Shown: positions 1 to 10,441, counted from the first letter of the stretch. The stretch is 64,000 nt of DNA from Gammaproteobacteria bacterium (GCA_029881795.1 JAOULX010000016.1:2434-66433); one strand, 5' to 3'. A program made the numbers and translations. Notes: generated from the letters alone by a model not told the origin.

Positions 1-652
1 TCAAGTTGCTGTCCTGAATGGTGACATCAAACTCTTTCTTTTCCAGTTTATCAAGTATCTCGTCTAAATCGAGCTGGTTCTGTAATGATAATATTTTGAT
101 ACTAGGAAATTTTTCTCTCAGTTTAATGGCGGTTTTCCAGAATGAGCTTGAAGGTTTTATCGCAATGGTCTTGTTTTTTAAGTCCGATAACTTTTTAACA
201 GCAGTGTCGTCTTTTCTTTGTAGTAGTTGTTGCCTTACGTGGTGTACGGGAAGTGTGAAGTCAATAAATTCTTTTCGTTCAGGTGTTACGGTCATATTGG
301 CTGCAATCATGTCACCGTAGCCATCGATTAAATTCGGGATTAACTGATCAAAATCAGGCACATATATTTTTTTAAGATTTAGTTGGTGTTTACTGGCAAA
401 GGATTCAATCTGTTCCAGCTCAAGATCGAGCGGAAATCCTTTTCTTGGCAGGTATATATTATTTTCTGAACGGGGAATTAATACCCTGATTTCTCCGCTC
501 TCTAGAATCCGGTCAAAATCACCGGTAATTAAACTGGGTGGGCTGTTGTTTTTAGAGCAGCCTGAAAGATTAATTAAGCCTGAAAATAATATGATACTGA
601 ACAGATAAAAGGTTTTTTTTGTGGTTATAAGGCTAATATAATACTTAATCAT
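1..652 (-). CDS. mltF: Membrane-bound lytic murein transglycosylase F-like lipoprotein, N-terminal solute-binding domain. The 3' end, presumably carrying the SLT domain, lies beyond the window edge.
   Basis: Open reading frame on the minus strand from ATG at 652-650, with no stop before position 1, so it is absent from the ORF track as a partial. The N-terminus MIKYYISLITTKKTFYLFSIILFSGLINLSGC is a textbook lipoprotein signal peptide with an LSGC lipobox. The following domain aligns block by block with the E. coli MltF N-terminal periplasmic-binding domain (GEIRV..., ...VRQQLL..., ...EFDVTIQDSN). Its start overlaps the K-channel stop by 8 nt. Confidence 0.6.
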   Translation of the reverse strand, partial: MIKYYISLITTKKTFYLFSIILFSGLINLSGCSKNNSPPSLITGDFDRILESGEIRVLIPRSENNIYLPRKGFPLDLELEQIESFASKHQLNLKKIYVPDFDQLIPNLIDGYGDMIAANMTVTPERKEFIDFTLPVHHVRQQLLQRKDDTAVKKLSDLKNKTIAIKPSSSFWKTAIKLREKFPSIKILSLQNQLDLDEILDKLEKKEFDVTIQDSNL

Positions 653-2384
653 TATTTCTTCTTTTACGTTTTGTGCTGCCAAGTAGGTATCTTCCAAATA
701 ATGAGTCAGGTGAGTTTTTTAGTGACATGACGTAATTCAGGGTGTGAATATCATGCATGCATTGAGAAATGTAATGCTCGGCCTGACTGATGCCACAAAA
801 TAAAATCTGGTCATTGGGCTGTAGTATTAACTCTTCGTCTGGAAGTAAGTATCTCTTGCCGTTTCTCAACATCATCAGCGGCATGCAACAAATCATTTCC
901 TGACGCTGGACCGGGTTCTTTAAAATATATTTGAGAGCAATCTTTCTGCCCATAACCAAGGCTTCATGAATAGCTGGCGACTCTTTTTGATTAAGAGTAT
1001 TTGTCCAGCAATGAGGTATAACTTCATTGATAGAACCACTAAGACGGCTGATGGTAATATTTATCCATTCGTTATCCTGGTGGTAGCATTCCTCGAGAAA
1101 GTCTATGAGCAGAGGATTGGTTAGCAAGGTCCGTATACGTCGCGCTACTATTTCGCTGGGGTGCATAATAATATCGGCAAGAGATGCCTGAAATAGGGCT
1201 TTGTTCATCATTTCATTTTGACGTGCAACTACTAACAGGTCTTCGTTCAAGATCTGCGCAGTCATGATGGCTGAAAGGTTGTTTGAGTCGTTATCTGATC
1301 CGGCTACAATACCGACTGCATTTTCTATACCTGCCTGTTTCAAAGTGGCTGCGTCCGTGCCTGTGCCGATAATAAATTCGGAATCCACGCCGGGATTGTT
1401 TTGGTAAAACTCTTCTTTTAATTCTGTGATGGTGTCGATTATCGTGACACTGTGATTAAACTGCCTGAGTATGCTGTAGATGCGTTGTCCCAGTCGACCG
1501 TAACCGCATAATATCCAGTGGCCCTGGCGGAAGCTTATCGGTTTACTAAGAGAGGTGTCCGGCACACCTGTCAGCCATTCATTTAACAAATGCAATGCGG
1601 AGGATTTCATTGCCATTGCAAATCCGTGCGCAAAGGTGTCGTACGGATTGACAGTATGGTCGGTATTAAACGACCTCATATTTTCCTCAAAATCTGTATG
1701 TTCTGAACGGCAAATGACGGGCTTCTCCGGGTATAGCAGTTTGGCTGTAATAGCAATTTTAAGATTGCTAACATCGGAGTTGGTGACTGCAATAACGCCT
1801 TTGCAAAGCTCGTGAGATAATCCGGCGTATAGAAGCTGACTAGGGGTAGTGGCATTGGCTTCAAGCCCTGGAACATAAAAAATATAGTCCTGTACTTCAA
1901 GTTCTTCTATGGCTCTGTGATTGTTATCAATGACCACGCAGTTAACGGATTTCTTAACCAGTCTGTCGACCAGGTCTTGTCCGGTTTCACCATATCCACA
2001 AATAAGATAAAACTTTTTATTGATCTGGCCTAAGCTGCGTTTAAAATTGGAGTGAATAACCGCTTTTTTGAATAACGGAGTCTGGATTAGAGAAACAATT
2101 TTACTAATGGCATAAAACCAGCCAAAAACACTAAAAAATATCGTAATTAAAGCCCACAGGCGTTGTGCATCTGTCAGTGGGTAGGGGATTTCACCAAAAC
2201 CTATGGTGGTGGCCGTGAAGCTGACAAAGTACAAAGCATGGAAAAAGTCCATTCTCCAGACCTGACCCTGATCATCAATACCCGGTATCAGAACCATGCC
2301 GAGTATGGCAATACTGAAGACCGTTACAATGACGATTAACGGTGCTCGCATCTGCCTTAAAATGATTGAAGTAACAGGACTCAT
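645..2384 (-). CDS. Two-TM potassium channel with tandem RCK (TrkA-N) gating domains
   Basis: 579 aa. Two TM helices flank a pore loop with the K+ selectivity-filter-like motif TATTIGFGE. Two Rossmann GxGxxG motifs are present (ICGYGETGQ and ILCGYGRLGQ), typical of RCK/TrkA-N domains. Confidence 0.8.
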   Translation of the reverse strand: MSPVTSIILRQMRAPLIVIVTVFSIAILGMVLIPGIDDQGQVWRMDFFHALYFVSFTATTIGFGEIPYPLTDAQRLWALITIFFSVFGWFYAISKIVSLIQTPLFKKAVIHSNFKRSLGQINKKFYLICGYGETGQDLVDRLVKKSVNCVVIDNNHRAIEELEVQDYIFYVPGLEANATTPSQLLYAGLSHELCKGVIAVTNSDVSNLKIAITAKLLYPEKPVICRSEHTDFEENMRSFNTDHTVNPYDTFAHGFAMAMKSSALHLLNEWLTGVPDTSLSKPISFRQGHWILCGYGRLGQRIYSILRQFNHSVTIIDTITELKEEFYQNNPGVDSEFIIGTGTDAATLKQAGIENAVGIVAGSDNDSNNLSAIMTAQILNEDLLVVARQNEMMNKALFQASLADIIMHPSEIVARRIRTLLTNPLLIDFLEECYHQDNEWINITISRLSGSINEVIPHCWTNTLNQKESPAIHEALVMGRKIALKYILKNPVQRQEMICCMPLMMLRNGKRYLLPDEELILQPNDQILFCGISQAEHYISQCMHDIHTLNYVMSLKNSPDSLFGRYLLGSTKRKRRNND

Positions 2385-2427
2385 ATCATTACCAGTTCAC
2401 GCTTTAATAATTATTAAATTATTTTGT

Positions 2428-2811
2428 CTAATGTCTCAGATACGATGATTCAAGTACCAGCAAAATAACCGAAATGATATTGGCCAACACGGCGCCACCG
2501 CTTAGCGATACGATGGTTGCCATTGTGGCTTCGGTAACCCCGGCTGCCTGCATATGTGAAGCAACTGCCCAGACTATAGCAGCAGAAATAAGCTGCACAT
2601 TTGCAACCAGGCTGGTTGCCAGTAACATAGCACCGAGCTGAGAACGGTCACCAAACTTTAAGATGGTTGCTATCAGGTTAATGACTATTACCGCATAAAG
2701 TTCATAGATATTGTGGTGGTCAGGATTGTGCACATCGCCATAAAAAAAACCGAAGTTCAGCGTTAGTGCAAGAATCATAAAAAAACTGAAGATCACTTTT
2801 TCCAGGTTCAT
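2428..2811 (-). CDS. Small hydrophobic inner-membrane protein of unknown function (about 4 TM helices)
   Basis: 127-aa ORF that is almost entirely hydrophobic helices. It has its own intergenic spacing and no recognisable catalytic motif. Confidence 0.5.
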   Translation of the reverse strand: MNLEKVIFSFFMILALTLNFGFFYGDVHNPDHHNIYELYAVIVINLIATILKFGDRSQLGAMLLATSLVANVQLISAAIVWAVASHMQAAGVTEATMATIVSLSGGAVLANIISVILLVLESSYLRH

Positions 2812-2866
2812 TATTTATTTCCTTAGTGTTACGGTTAAGCTGCCTGCTGTTTCAGCTGTGTAGCAA

Positions 2867-3994
2867 TCAGGTCAGTAAGTTTTTAAGAATTTCTGCGTAT
2901 ATCACGGATAGTTGTTCAAGGTCTTTGACAGAAACGTTTTCGTCAATCTGATGAATAGTTTTATTCAGTGGTCCAAGTTCGATGACCTGTGCACCAGTAG
3001 GTGCAATAAAGCGCCCGTCTGATGTGCCGCCGGCTGTAGACAATTCGGTGTCATAGCCGGCAACAGATTTAATGGCTTTTTTCGTAGCTTCAACCAATTC
3101 ACCCTGATCGGTAAGAAAAGGGTTGCCGGATAAATTCCATTCTATGTCATATTTTATGTTGTGACTGTCAAGAATGGCAGCGACTTTCTGTCTGATTGAT
3201 TGATCATTGAGTTCCGTTGAAAAACGGAAGTTAAATAATACTTCAATTTCACCCGGTATGACATTGGTAGCGCCGGTTCCGGAATGCAGATTGGAGATCT
3301 GAAAGCTCGTCGCAGGGAATGATGAATTACCCTGATCCCATTGTGTGTTTGCTAATTCATCAAGAACTGGCATCGCAAGATGGATAGGGTTTAGTGCAAG
3401 ATGAGGATAGGCAACGTGACCTTGCTTGCCATAGATTGTTAATGTCGCTGAGAGTGAGCCGCGGCGGCCATTCTTTACAACATCGCCGAGCTTGTTGGTG
3501 CTTGATGGTTCGCCAACCAGACACCAGTCAATGTTTTCACCGCTAGCAGCAATGTGTTCGAGCACGCTGACAGTACCGTCGGTAGCCGGGCCTTCTTCAT
3601 CGCTGGTAATCAGAAATGCAATTGAGCCTTTATGCTGCTTGTGCTCGGCAATAAAGGCTTCTGTGGCTGTTACCATTGCTGCCAGGCTGCCTTTCATATC
3701 AGCCGTGCCTCTGCCATATAAGTGACCGTCATGTACGGTTGGCTCAAACGGCGGGAAACTCCATTTTTCGATGGGACCGGTTGGAACAACGTCAGTATGA
3801 CCGGCAAACGCAAATAAGGGGGCTTCAGTGCCCAGTCGGGCCCAGAGATTGGTGACACCATTGCTTTTCAGGTGTGTGATATTAAACCCCAGTTTTGCTA
3901 AACGCTCTGCCATGAGCTGCTGGCAGCCTGCGTCTTCGGGGGTGACAGACTGACGGGCAATTAAGTCTTTTGTAAGTTCCAGAGTGCTCGACAT
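2867..3994 (-). CDS. dapE: Succinyl-diaminopimelate desuccinylase
   Basis: 375 aa of the M20 peptidase family. DapE-like N-terminus ([21 protein letters not shown]) and the metal-binding AGHTDVVP and GRGTADMKG motifs. Confidence 0.9.
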   Translation of the reverse strand: MSSTLELTKDLIARQSVTPEDAGCQQLMAERLAKLGFNITHLKSNGVTNLWARLGTEAPLFAFAGHTDVVPTGPIEKWSFPPFEPTVHDGHLYGRGTADMKGSLAAMVTATEAFIAEHKQHKGSIAFLITSDEEGPATDGTVSVLEHIAASGENIDWCLVGEPSSTNKLGDVVKNGRRGSLSATLTIYGKQGHVAYPHLALNPIHLAMPVLDELANTQWDQGNSSFPATSFQISNLHSGTGATNVIPGEIEVLFNFRFSTELNDQSIRQKVAAILDSHNIKYDIEWNLSGNPFLTDQGELVEATKKAIKSVAGYDTELSTAGGTSDGRFIAPTGAQVIELGPLNKTIHQIDENVSVKDLEQLSVIYAEILKNLLT

Positions 3995-4066
3995 TTTTTT
4001 GCGGTACCGTAATAAGAATAACGCATAAATGTTAACATATTGTTTTATAAATGTTTGATTTTATAG

Positions 4067-5206
4067 TTAGTCGGCATCTCTTTGGTATGCTGCCATAAAC
4101 TCAGTTTGAAGCGATTCAAGCTCCTTGTTAAGTTTTTCATATTCAATGTCTTTATCTTCTATCAGTAATTCCAGTTCGCTGATCTTTTTCCTTAGCTGAT
4201 CATCATCCATATCGGCAACTCTGACACCATCAATGACGACAGCGGCGTTGTTTTCACCGTGGATAGACTCCAGTTCTTCCATCAGTCGCTGGTTTTCCAT
4301 TTCCAGTACTTCGATACACATACTGGTTTCAGTCTGAGAAGCTACCAGATCATCTAACTGTTGCTGCAATGCGCTGTTGTCAGCTAAGTTGGCGCTGCCT
4401 TCTTTCAGTGATTTTAATAGGGCATTAATTTTAGAGCCCTGACCGTATATTATATCTTTGAGTTTATTGACTTCGGTGTTGACCTTGTGTGATTTTTTCT
4501 CAACAAAGAAAGATTTTTCACTGTCGGCTAATGTGGCTTTTCTGGCTTCATAACTGTCTTCATAATTGTCTTCAAAATTCAAATGCTTACGAAGCTTGTC
4601 TTCCAGTTCAGATACGTTTTCATTTAAGTTGTGATAATCAGCTTGGGCATTTTTTATAATTTCTATCTGATCCGGTGCAAGTTTTTCGTCGCTCAGAAGA
4701 GAATCAAGCATGGCTTGTAGGCTGATGTTGGAATCTACTGATTTATCCAGTCTTGACTGTAATTCCTGAAGGATCTCGTCAAGGTACTCATTTTGATCAG
4801 GTGGTGTTGTGTTTGCATGTTCGGTATCGAGCATCAGTTCTTTGATGTTTTTTGTCAGGTATTTCCAGAACAACTCTTTGTTGCCATCGCTTTCCTCGTA
4901 GGCATTAATTTCAGCATGCAGGTAGCTGGAGCGGAAAGTCAGGCTGCTCTTTTGAATGGCCTCATCATTCTCATCCTCCTCCTCAGCCAGCTCTAGGTCG
5001 TCGTGCTTTATTTTTTTTACCTGGTTATTGGTCTTGTCAATTTCTTTTCTTACCAGGTCAAAAAAGAAGTTTTTTGACAGCGAGGCAAGTAGTTCATCAA
5101 AAGACTTTTTAAGTTTTTTATGTTTACGCAATAAGTAACCGATAATGACTAGCAAAATGATAAAAGATTCGATAATAACCAGACCGGTGAGTATTGAAAT
5201 ATTCAT
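4067..5206 (-). CDS. TM-anchored, highly acidic coiled-coil protein (hypothetical), co-operonic with the upstream vWA protein
   Basis: 379 aa. N-terminal TM helix (LTGLVIIESFIILLVIIGYLL), then about 340 residues rich in E/D/K/L/Q with heptad-like periodicity. Only 6 bp separate it from the vWA gene stop. Confidence 0.6.
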   Translation of the reverse strand: MNISILTGLVIIESFIILLVIIGYLLRKHKKLKKSFDELLASLSKNFFFDLVRKEIDKTNNQVKKIKHDDLELAEEEDENDEAIQKSSLTFRSSYLHAEINAYEESDGNKELFWKYLTKNIKELMLDTEHANTTPPDQNEYLDEILQELQSRLDKSVDSNISLQAMLDSLLSDEKLAPDQIEIIKNAQADYHNLNENVSELEDKLRKHLNFEDNYEDSYEARKATLADSEKSFFVEKKSHKVNTEVNKLKDIIYGQGSKINALLKSLKEGSANLADNSALQQQLDDLVASQTETSMCIEVLEMENQRLMEELESIHGENNAAVVIDGVRVADMDDDQLRKKISELELLIEDKDIEYEKLNKELESLQTEFMAAYQRDAD

Positions 5207-5212
5207 TGCTTG

Positions 5213-6742
5213 TTACTCTTCAGCGTTGTCTGTGTTGGTGTCGTTTTGTTTGGATTTTCTGATTTTAATTACCAGATATATACCTAGACCTATCATTATG
5301 ATGACAACATTTGCAGCCATAAAGATAAGCATTGAAAAGATAAAGTCATCATCTTCCTCTGTGTCTGCTTCGGGCGCGGGAACTTGTGGCTGGGGTTCTT
5401 TATTGGTTTCAGAAGGCGCAGGTTTTTCTGGTTCCGCTTCTTTTTCTTCTGTCATTTCCTCTGCTACAGGTTCTGTTTTGACTTCAGGTATACCCATCGA
5501 TGTAAAAGAAAAAGTTTTTTGCCTTTCAAAGGTCTGGCTTTTAAGCGTAATGGTTGCGAAATAGGTGCCTCTTTCTTCCGGTTTGTTGTTAGCAAGAAAA
5601 ACACCAGAGAGTTTCTCGTCATTGATGGCCAGACCCATAGGGATGGTTTTAGTCTGTTCAGAAGGGGCGGATAATTCAATGCTGGCTTGAATTGAATCGA
5701 GTATGGCTGCTTCAGTGACAATCTTGTCTTCTTTTTCAAGCCATGCCTGTGCCTGTAATTTGCTGATATTGTTAACTTCTTCGAAATCAAATTTCGACTG
5801 CATTTTCATATCGGCGACGATATAGGCTTTGTTGTTGTTGTCACTGAATAAAATTTTCCATTCACCTTCGAGCGGTTTTTTAATGGTGATCATGTCAAAC
5901 GTATCTGAGATGAACCATTTTATATTTTTATCAGTGACAGTTGCATCAAAGCGTGTTTGTTTTGGGTCTTCAAGAAAAATTTTACTGTCTGCTGATGCTT
6001 TATTAGCGACAATAGTAATTTCCCGGATACTTTTATCGGCCAGGAATTTGTTTTCTGTTAAAGGCAGCATGTCAGGCTGTTTGCTTTGTTCAAATATACT
6101 GGTGAAAGCAAGGTGCAGGTCTTTGTCGTTGGTTGCAACTTTGCAGAAGCCTTCAGTTCTTTCGGCTAAAGTGGTTAGCAAGTCTCTGTCGGATTCTTCT
6201 GTAAAAGCGATGGAATAGACCTTGATCCCGGATTTATTTAATTTTGGAATGGTTTCTTCAAGCAGGCGTCTGGACAGTTCATTCGACTTGGCAGGGTTTC
6301 CAATGTCCATTTTTCCATCAGATAGTAAAATGATAACCTGATCGTGTTCAGATTTGTTTTCGCTAAGGATTTTGTAACCGCGTTCAACAGCAGCATGAAT
6401 ATTGGTGTATATGCCTTTGGTCGATACTTTGTCGGTCGCTTTTAAAGTGCGCTGAATATTTTCGTCATTGTCCAGCGTGTTTAAATAGGTGATAGGGTAA
6501 CCGTTATCGCTGAAACTCATGATACTGACACGGTCGTTTTCACCCAGTAACGAGATAAACAGTTTTGCCGCTGGTTTTCTCATGCTCTTGGGGTCGCTTT
6601 GTTTCATGCTGCCTGAGCTGTCGATGATGACAACCGCATCAATCGTCTTTTTTTCAGCCGCAGCGTGTCCAGCAATGGTTATTAATAAGCTGCTGATTAA
6701 GGTTAAAATCAGTTGTTTCATTAGAAGTTGCCCTTGTTTCAT
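5213..6742 (-). CDS. Secreted von Willebrand factor A (vWA) domain protein with C-terminal membrane anchor
   Basis: 509 aa. N-terminal signal peptide (LILTLISSLLITIAGHAAA). A MIDAS motif DxSxS occurs in VVIIDSSGSMKQSD. The sequence continues with a beta-rich region, a Pro/Glu-rich linker, one C-terminal TM helix (FIFSMLIFMAANVVIIMIGLGIYLVI) and a short basic tail. Confidence 0.7.
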   Translation of the reverse strand: MKQGQLLMKQLILTLISSLLITIAGHAAAEKKTIDAVVIIDSSGSMKQSDPKSMRKPAAKLFISLLGENDRVSIMSFSDNGYPITYLNTLDNDENIQRTLKATDKVSTKGIYTNIHAAVERGYKILSENKSEHDQVIILLSDGKMDIGNPAKSNELSRRLLEETIPKLNKSGIKVYSIAFTEESDRDLLTTLAERTEGFCKVATNDKDLHLAFTSIFEQSKQPDMLPLTENKFLADKSIREITIVANKASADSKIFLEDPKQTRFDATVTDKNIKWFISDTFDMITIKKPLEGEWKILFSDNNNKAYIVADMKMQSKFDFEEVNNISKLQAQAWLEKEDKIVTEAAILDSIQASIELSAPSEQTKTIPMGLAINDEKLSGVFLANNKPEERGTYFATITLKSQTFERQKTFSFTSMGIPEVKTEPVAEEMTEEKEAEPEKPAPSETNKEPQPQVPAPEADTEEDDDFIFSMLIFMAANVVIIMIGLGIYLVIKIRKSKQNDTNTDNAEE

Positions 6743-6891
6743 TATTGCTGTGCGGTTATTAAGTTGCCGTATGTCTTTAAGTTATTGCGTTAGTCGACTG
6801 ATATAGCAAGAGTTTAGACCTTATAGAAGCATAATTCAGTTATTTATAGCCAAATTATGCCGAATACGCTAAAAAATCGCAGGATTTTAAA

Positions 6892-9573
6892 TTATGGTTC
6901 ATCAAGATAGGAAATTAGCTTGCTGCTGATGATATCTTGCTGCGTGATTTCGATGATTGGGCGGTTGTTGAGGTCGGTTATTTGAAATAAATCATCTGCT
7001 TTCTCGCCCATAGTGGTGATTTTTGCATTATGAACACGGATTCCGGTATCAACAAAGGCGCGGCTGATTCTGGCCAGCAACCCGGGTTTGTCGGATGCAA
7101 TGATTTCAATAATTGAGCGGTTTTTTGTCAGCTCCTGATGAAAGTTTATTTCTGTCGCCACAGAAAAATGTTTATTGACCCTTGGTGTTATATGTTTTTT
7201 CTGAGAAACGGGTGCGCTATCTCTAACCAGCAGGTCCTCAAGCTTTGACTGGATTTCTCTGAGTCTATAAGACATGCTGACGGCATCGGTTTCTTCATTC
7301 AATGCTTGGAAAATATCCAGTGTATTGATATCGCTATCTGTTGCCATAATAAAGGCATCTACAATATTTAAGCCCAGCTGCTCAAAAGCAGAGGTTGTTC
7401 TGGCAAACTGTCCATCAACGTTTTTCATATAAATACTGATTTCAATCGTGCCTTTATCCGCCTGTGGATTTAATGTGATAACAGGCAGGGCGTTTTTATC
7501 AGCTTTTAATACCAGTAGCAGGTGGTGTGCAATTTCATCGGGAGTAAAGCGCAGAAAATATTCATCACTAAAATGTCGCCAGATTTGTTCGGTTTGTTCC
7601 GGGGTATAGCCTTGTTTTGCCAGGATGTTAAGGCTGCTTTGCTGTGACTGGCGGATGCTTTTATCGATGGCGACCGAGGTTTGTAGGCCCAGTCGTAATA
7701 CCACGGATGTTTTATTGTAGAGTTCTGCCAGCAGGCTGTCTTTCCAGCTATTCCAGGTGGTCGGGTTCGTGCCGCGGATGTCTGCAACCGTTAACAGATA
7801 GAGATAATCCAGTTGTTTCTGATTAACTACCTGCTCAGCAAAGCGATTAATAACATCCGGGTCGCTGATATCTTTTCTCTGAGCGGTGACTGACATTATC
7901 AGGTGACTTTTTACCAGCCATGATACCAGTTCGCTGTCGCTGTCATTAAGGTCATGTTGCTGGCAGAATTCTTTAGCATCGATGGCGCCAAGTTCAGAGT
8001 GATCCCCGCCACGACCTTTTGCAATGTCGTGAAACAGTCCGGCCAGATAGAGTAATTCCGGTTTTTTCAGATGGTTAAATACGGCGCTACACAAAGGGTA
8101 TTCGTGGAGGAACTCGGCGGCAGAAAAGCGCCTTAGATTTCTCACCACCGAGAGGGTGTGTTCATCAACCGTATAGGCATGAAATAAATCATACTGCATA
8201 CGCCCTACAATTTTTTCAAAGCCCGGTATATAGGCAGCGAGAATGCCATAGCGGTTCATTCTTCGCAGCTCGTGAGTAACGCCTTCGGGCGCACTAATAA
8301 TGCTCATGAAAAGTTTTTTGGCCTTGTCATCCATCAAGAAATTGCTATCAATCAGATGCAGATTTTGACGAATCAGGCGGATGGTTTGAGCACGAACGCC
8401 GAGCAGTTCCTGATTCATTTCGAGCAATAAAAAGATTTCCAGTAGTGCGGTTGGTTCCTGAATAAAAATATCTTTGTGCCGGGCGCTGATATAGCCGTGA
8501 ATGATTTCAAAACGGGCATTAATGATTTGTGGTTCTGATGTTTGGTCTGAAAATAAAATAGCTTCCTTTAACAGCTGTAAAAGCATTTCATTAAGACGTT
8601 CGAGCTCAATCACGGTACGGTAATAACGCTGCATAAAACTTTCTATGGCAAGGTTATTAGGGCCGTCCTGGTGACCGTATTCGAGCGCCAGATCGCGCTG
8701 AAAATCAAATAACAGTCGGTCTTCGCGGCGCCCTGTGAGGTAGTGCAGGCTGGCTCTTATTGTCCAGAGTAATTCTGTGCCCTGTTCGAGTATTTCATAT
8801 TCATCTCTGGTAAGGAATCCGTGATCGATCAGTTCTGATAGTGAACTGGCGCCAAAGTGTCTTTTCGCAACCCAGCCTATCATCTGAATGTCGCGTAAGC
8901 CGCCATGACTTTCTTTAATATTGGGTTCTAATTTAAAAGCAGAGCTTTCAAATTTAATGTGGCGGGCGTGTTGTTCATTGAGTTTGCCTTCAAAGAACAG
9001 TTTGCTGTCCCATATATGCTCGGTCGAGGTTATCTCCAGCATCTCTGTATAAAGAGGCTGGCAGCCTATTATCAGTCGCGATTCGGTGATGTTGGTGATG
9101 ACCGTAATGTCTTTAGTGGCTTCGTCGCTGCATTCACTGATAGTGCGAACACTGTGACCGATCTCGAGTTTGATATCCCATAACAGCATCAGAAACTGTT
9201 CGATCAGTTCATTATAGGCATCGGCATGGTTATCTGGCAGTAGGATCATCAGGTCGACATCTGAATGCGGGTGCAGTTCACCGCGGCCGTAACCGCCGGC
9301 AGCAATAATCGAAAGATGCTCAAGTGCAGAGGAAAACTTGATGTCAGCTACCTGGCTGATAATCAGATCAACCAGCAGGCTTCTGCCGAAAACTATCTGG
9401 TAGGCGTTATGATGTTGTTTGAAATGGTTTTCCAGCAGCAGCTGACCGTCGATGACAGCTTGTTTTAGCAGAACTAAGGCTGTGTCAGGTTGTTGTTTTA
9501 GGCTTTCTGTGCAATCTGCGATCGATCGTATTTGTTGTTCCAGGGTAACTTCCAGCTGTTTGTTATTTTTCAT
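6892..9573 (-). CDS. glnD: Bifunctional [protein-PII] uridylyltransferase/uridylyl-removing enzyme
   Basis: 893 aa. Nucleotidyltransferase motif GGYGRGELHPHSDVDLMIL, an HD domain and two C-terminal ACT-like domains. Its position next to map is conserved. Confidence 0.92.
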   Translation of the reverse strand: MKNNKQLEVTLEQQIRSIADCTESLKQQPDTALVLLKQAVIDGQLLLENHFKQHHNAYQIVFGRSLLVDLIISQVADIKFSSALEHLSIIAAGGYGRGELHPHSDVDLMILLPDNHADAYNELIEQFLMLLWDIKLEIGHSVRTISECSDEATKDITVITNITESRLIIGCQPLYTEMLEITSTEHIWDSKLFFEGKLNEQHARHIKFESSAFKLEPNIKESHGGLRDIQMIGWVAKRHFGASSLSELIDHGFLTRDEYEILEQGTELLWTIRASLHYLTGRREDRLLFDFQRDLALEYGHQDGPNNLAIESFMQRYYRTVIELERLNEMLLQLLKEAILFSDQTSEPQIINARFEIIHGYISARHKDIFIQEPTALLEIFLLLEMNQELLGVRAQTIRLIRQNLHLIDSNFLMDDKAKKLFMSIISAPEGVTHELRRMNRYGILAAYIPGFEKIVGRMQYDLFHAYTVDEHTLSVVRNLRRFSAAEFLHEYPLCSAVFNHLKKPELLYLAGLFHDIAKGRGGDHSELGAIDAKEFCQQHDLNDSDSELVSWLVKSHLIMSVTAQRKDISDPDVINRFAEQVVNQKQLDYLYLLTVADIRGTNPTTWNSWKDSLLAELYNKTSVVLRLGLQTSVAIDKSIRQSQQSSLNILAKQGYTPEQTEQIWRHFSDEYFLRFTPDEIAHHLLLVLKADKNALPVITLNPQADKGTIEISIYMKNVDGQFARTTSAFEQLGLNIVDAFIMATDSDINTLDIFQALNEETDAVSMSYRLREIQSKLEDLLVRDSAPVSQKKHITPRVNKHFSVATEINFHQELTKNRSIIEIIASDKPGLLARISRAFVDTGIRVHNAKITTMGEKADDLFQITDLNNRPIIEITQQDIISSKLISYLDEP

Positions 9574-9673
9574 TGTTATGGTTTGTTACTTTTTAAAATT
9601 GTTGATGGGTCAGCGAGGTTGAGCGCTTAAAGGTTGCTGGATGAATCCGCGCAGAGACGATCGGTTGCCAAAG

Positions 9674-10441
9674 TCAGATGGTTTCATCTGAGCGCAATGT
9701 GAGCACTTCGTAACCATCGGTGGTGACTAGAATGGTGTGTTCCCATTGGGCTGAAAGACTGCGGTCGCGGGTGATGACGGTCCATTCATCAGGCAGCACC
9801 TTAACGTCACGTTTGCCGATATTCACCATTGGCTCAATGGTGAATATCATGCCTTCTTCCAGTACCAGCCCGGTCCCGGCCTGACCGTAATGCAGAACCT
9901 GTGGTTCTTCGTGAAATTTGGCGCCGATACCGTGGCCGCAGTATTCCCGCACGATAGAGCAGTTGTTGGATTCGGCATGTGTCTGAATAATTTCGCCAAT
10001 ATCGCCTAGTGTGGCGCCTGGCTTGACCTGTTTGATTCCTAATAACAGGCATTCGTGGGCAATTTCACAAATGCGTCTGGCTTTGATTGGCACCTCACCG
10101 ATATAAAACATTTTGCTGGTGTCGCCGTGGTAGCCATCCTTTATTACGGTGATATCAATATTGACTATGTCACCTTTTTTTAGCTTCTTATCCGATGGAA
10201 TGCCGTGACACACCTGGTGGTTAGTTGAGGTGCAGATGGATTTAGGGAAACCATGGTAATTTAACGGCGCCGGAATCGCTTGTTGTACATCGACGATGTA
10301 GCGGTGGCAAATCTGATCCAGCTCATTAGTAGTGATGCCGGGTTTTACAAAAGGTTCGATCATTTCCAGCACATCGGCTGCTAGCTTGCCGGCAATGCGC
10401 ATTTTTTCTATTTCTTCCGGGGATTTAATATTGACAGCCAT
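9674..10441 (-). CDS. map: Methionine aminopeptidase type I
   Basis: 255 aa starting MAVNIKSPEEIEKMRIAGKLAA, with conserved metal ligands. Canonical map-glnD arrangement, divergent from rpsB. Confidence 0.95.
   Translation of the reverse strand: MAVNIKSPEEIEKMRIAGKLAADVLEMIEPFVKPGITTNELDQICHRYIVDVQQAIPAPLNYHGFPKSICTSTNHQVCHGIPSDKKLKKGDIVNIDITVIKDGYHGDTSKMFYIGEVPIKARRICEIAHECLLLGIKQVKPGATLGDIGEIIQTHAESNNCSIVREYCGHGIGAKFHEEPQVLHYGQAGTGLVLEEGMIFTIEPMVNIGKRDVKVLPDEWTVITRDRSLSAQWEHTILVTTDGYEVLTLRSDETI

Noticed and set aside
18-320. 100-aa plus-strand ORF at the left edge
   Set aside because: It lies antisense within the well-supported MltF-like coding frame, has low-complexity Ser/Leu-rich sequence and no RBS.
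600-652. Suspected frameshift or phase-variable T8 homopolymer (613-620) at the 5' end of the mltF-like gene
   Set aside because: After recounting the run (8 T on the plus strand), the ATG at 652-650 is in frame with the downstream lipoprotein ORF. The reading MIKYYISLITTKKTFYLFS... is continuous, so no frameshift is needed.
5145-6218. Several plus-strand ORFs (139, 96 and 129 aa) and a 108-aa minus-strand ORF inside the vWA gene
   Set aside because: They are antisense or out of frame relative to the vWA CDS. Their sequences are low-complexity (F/R/C-rich) and non-protein-like.
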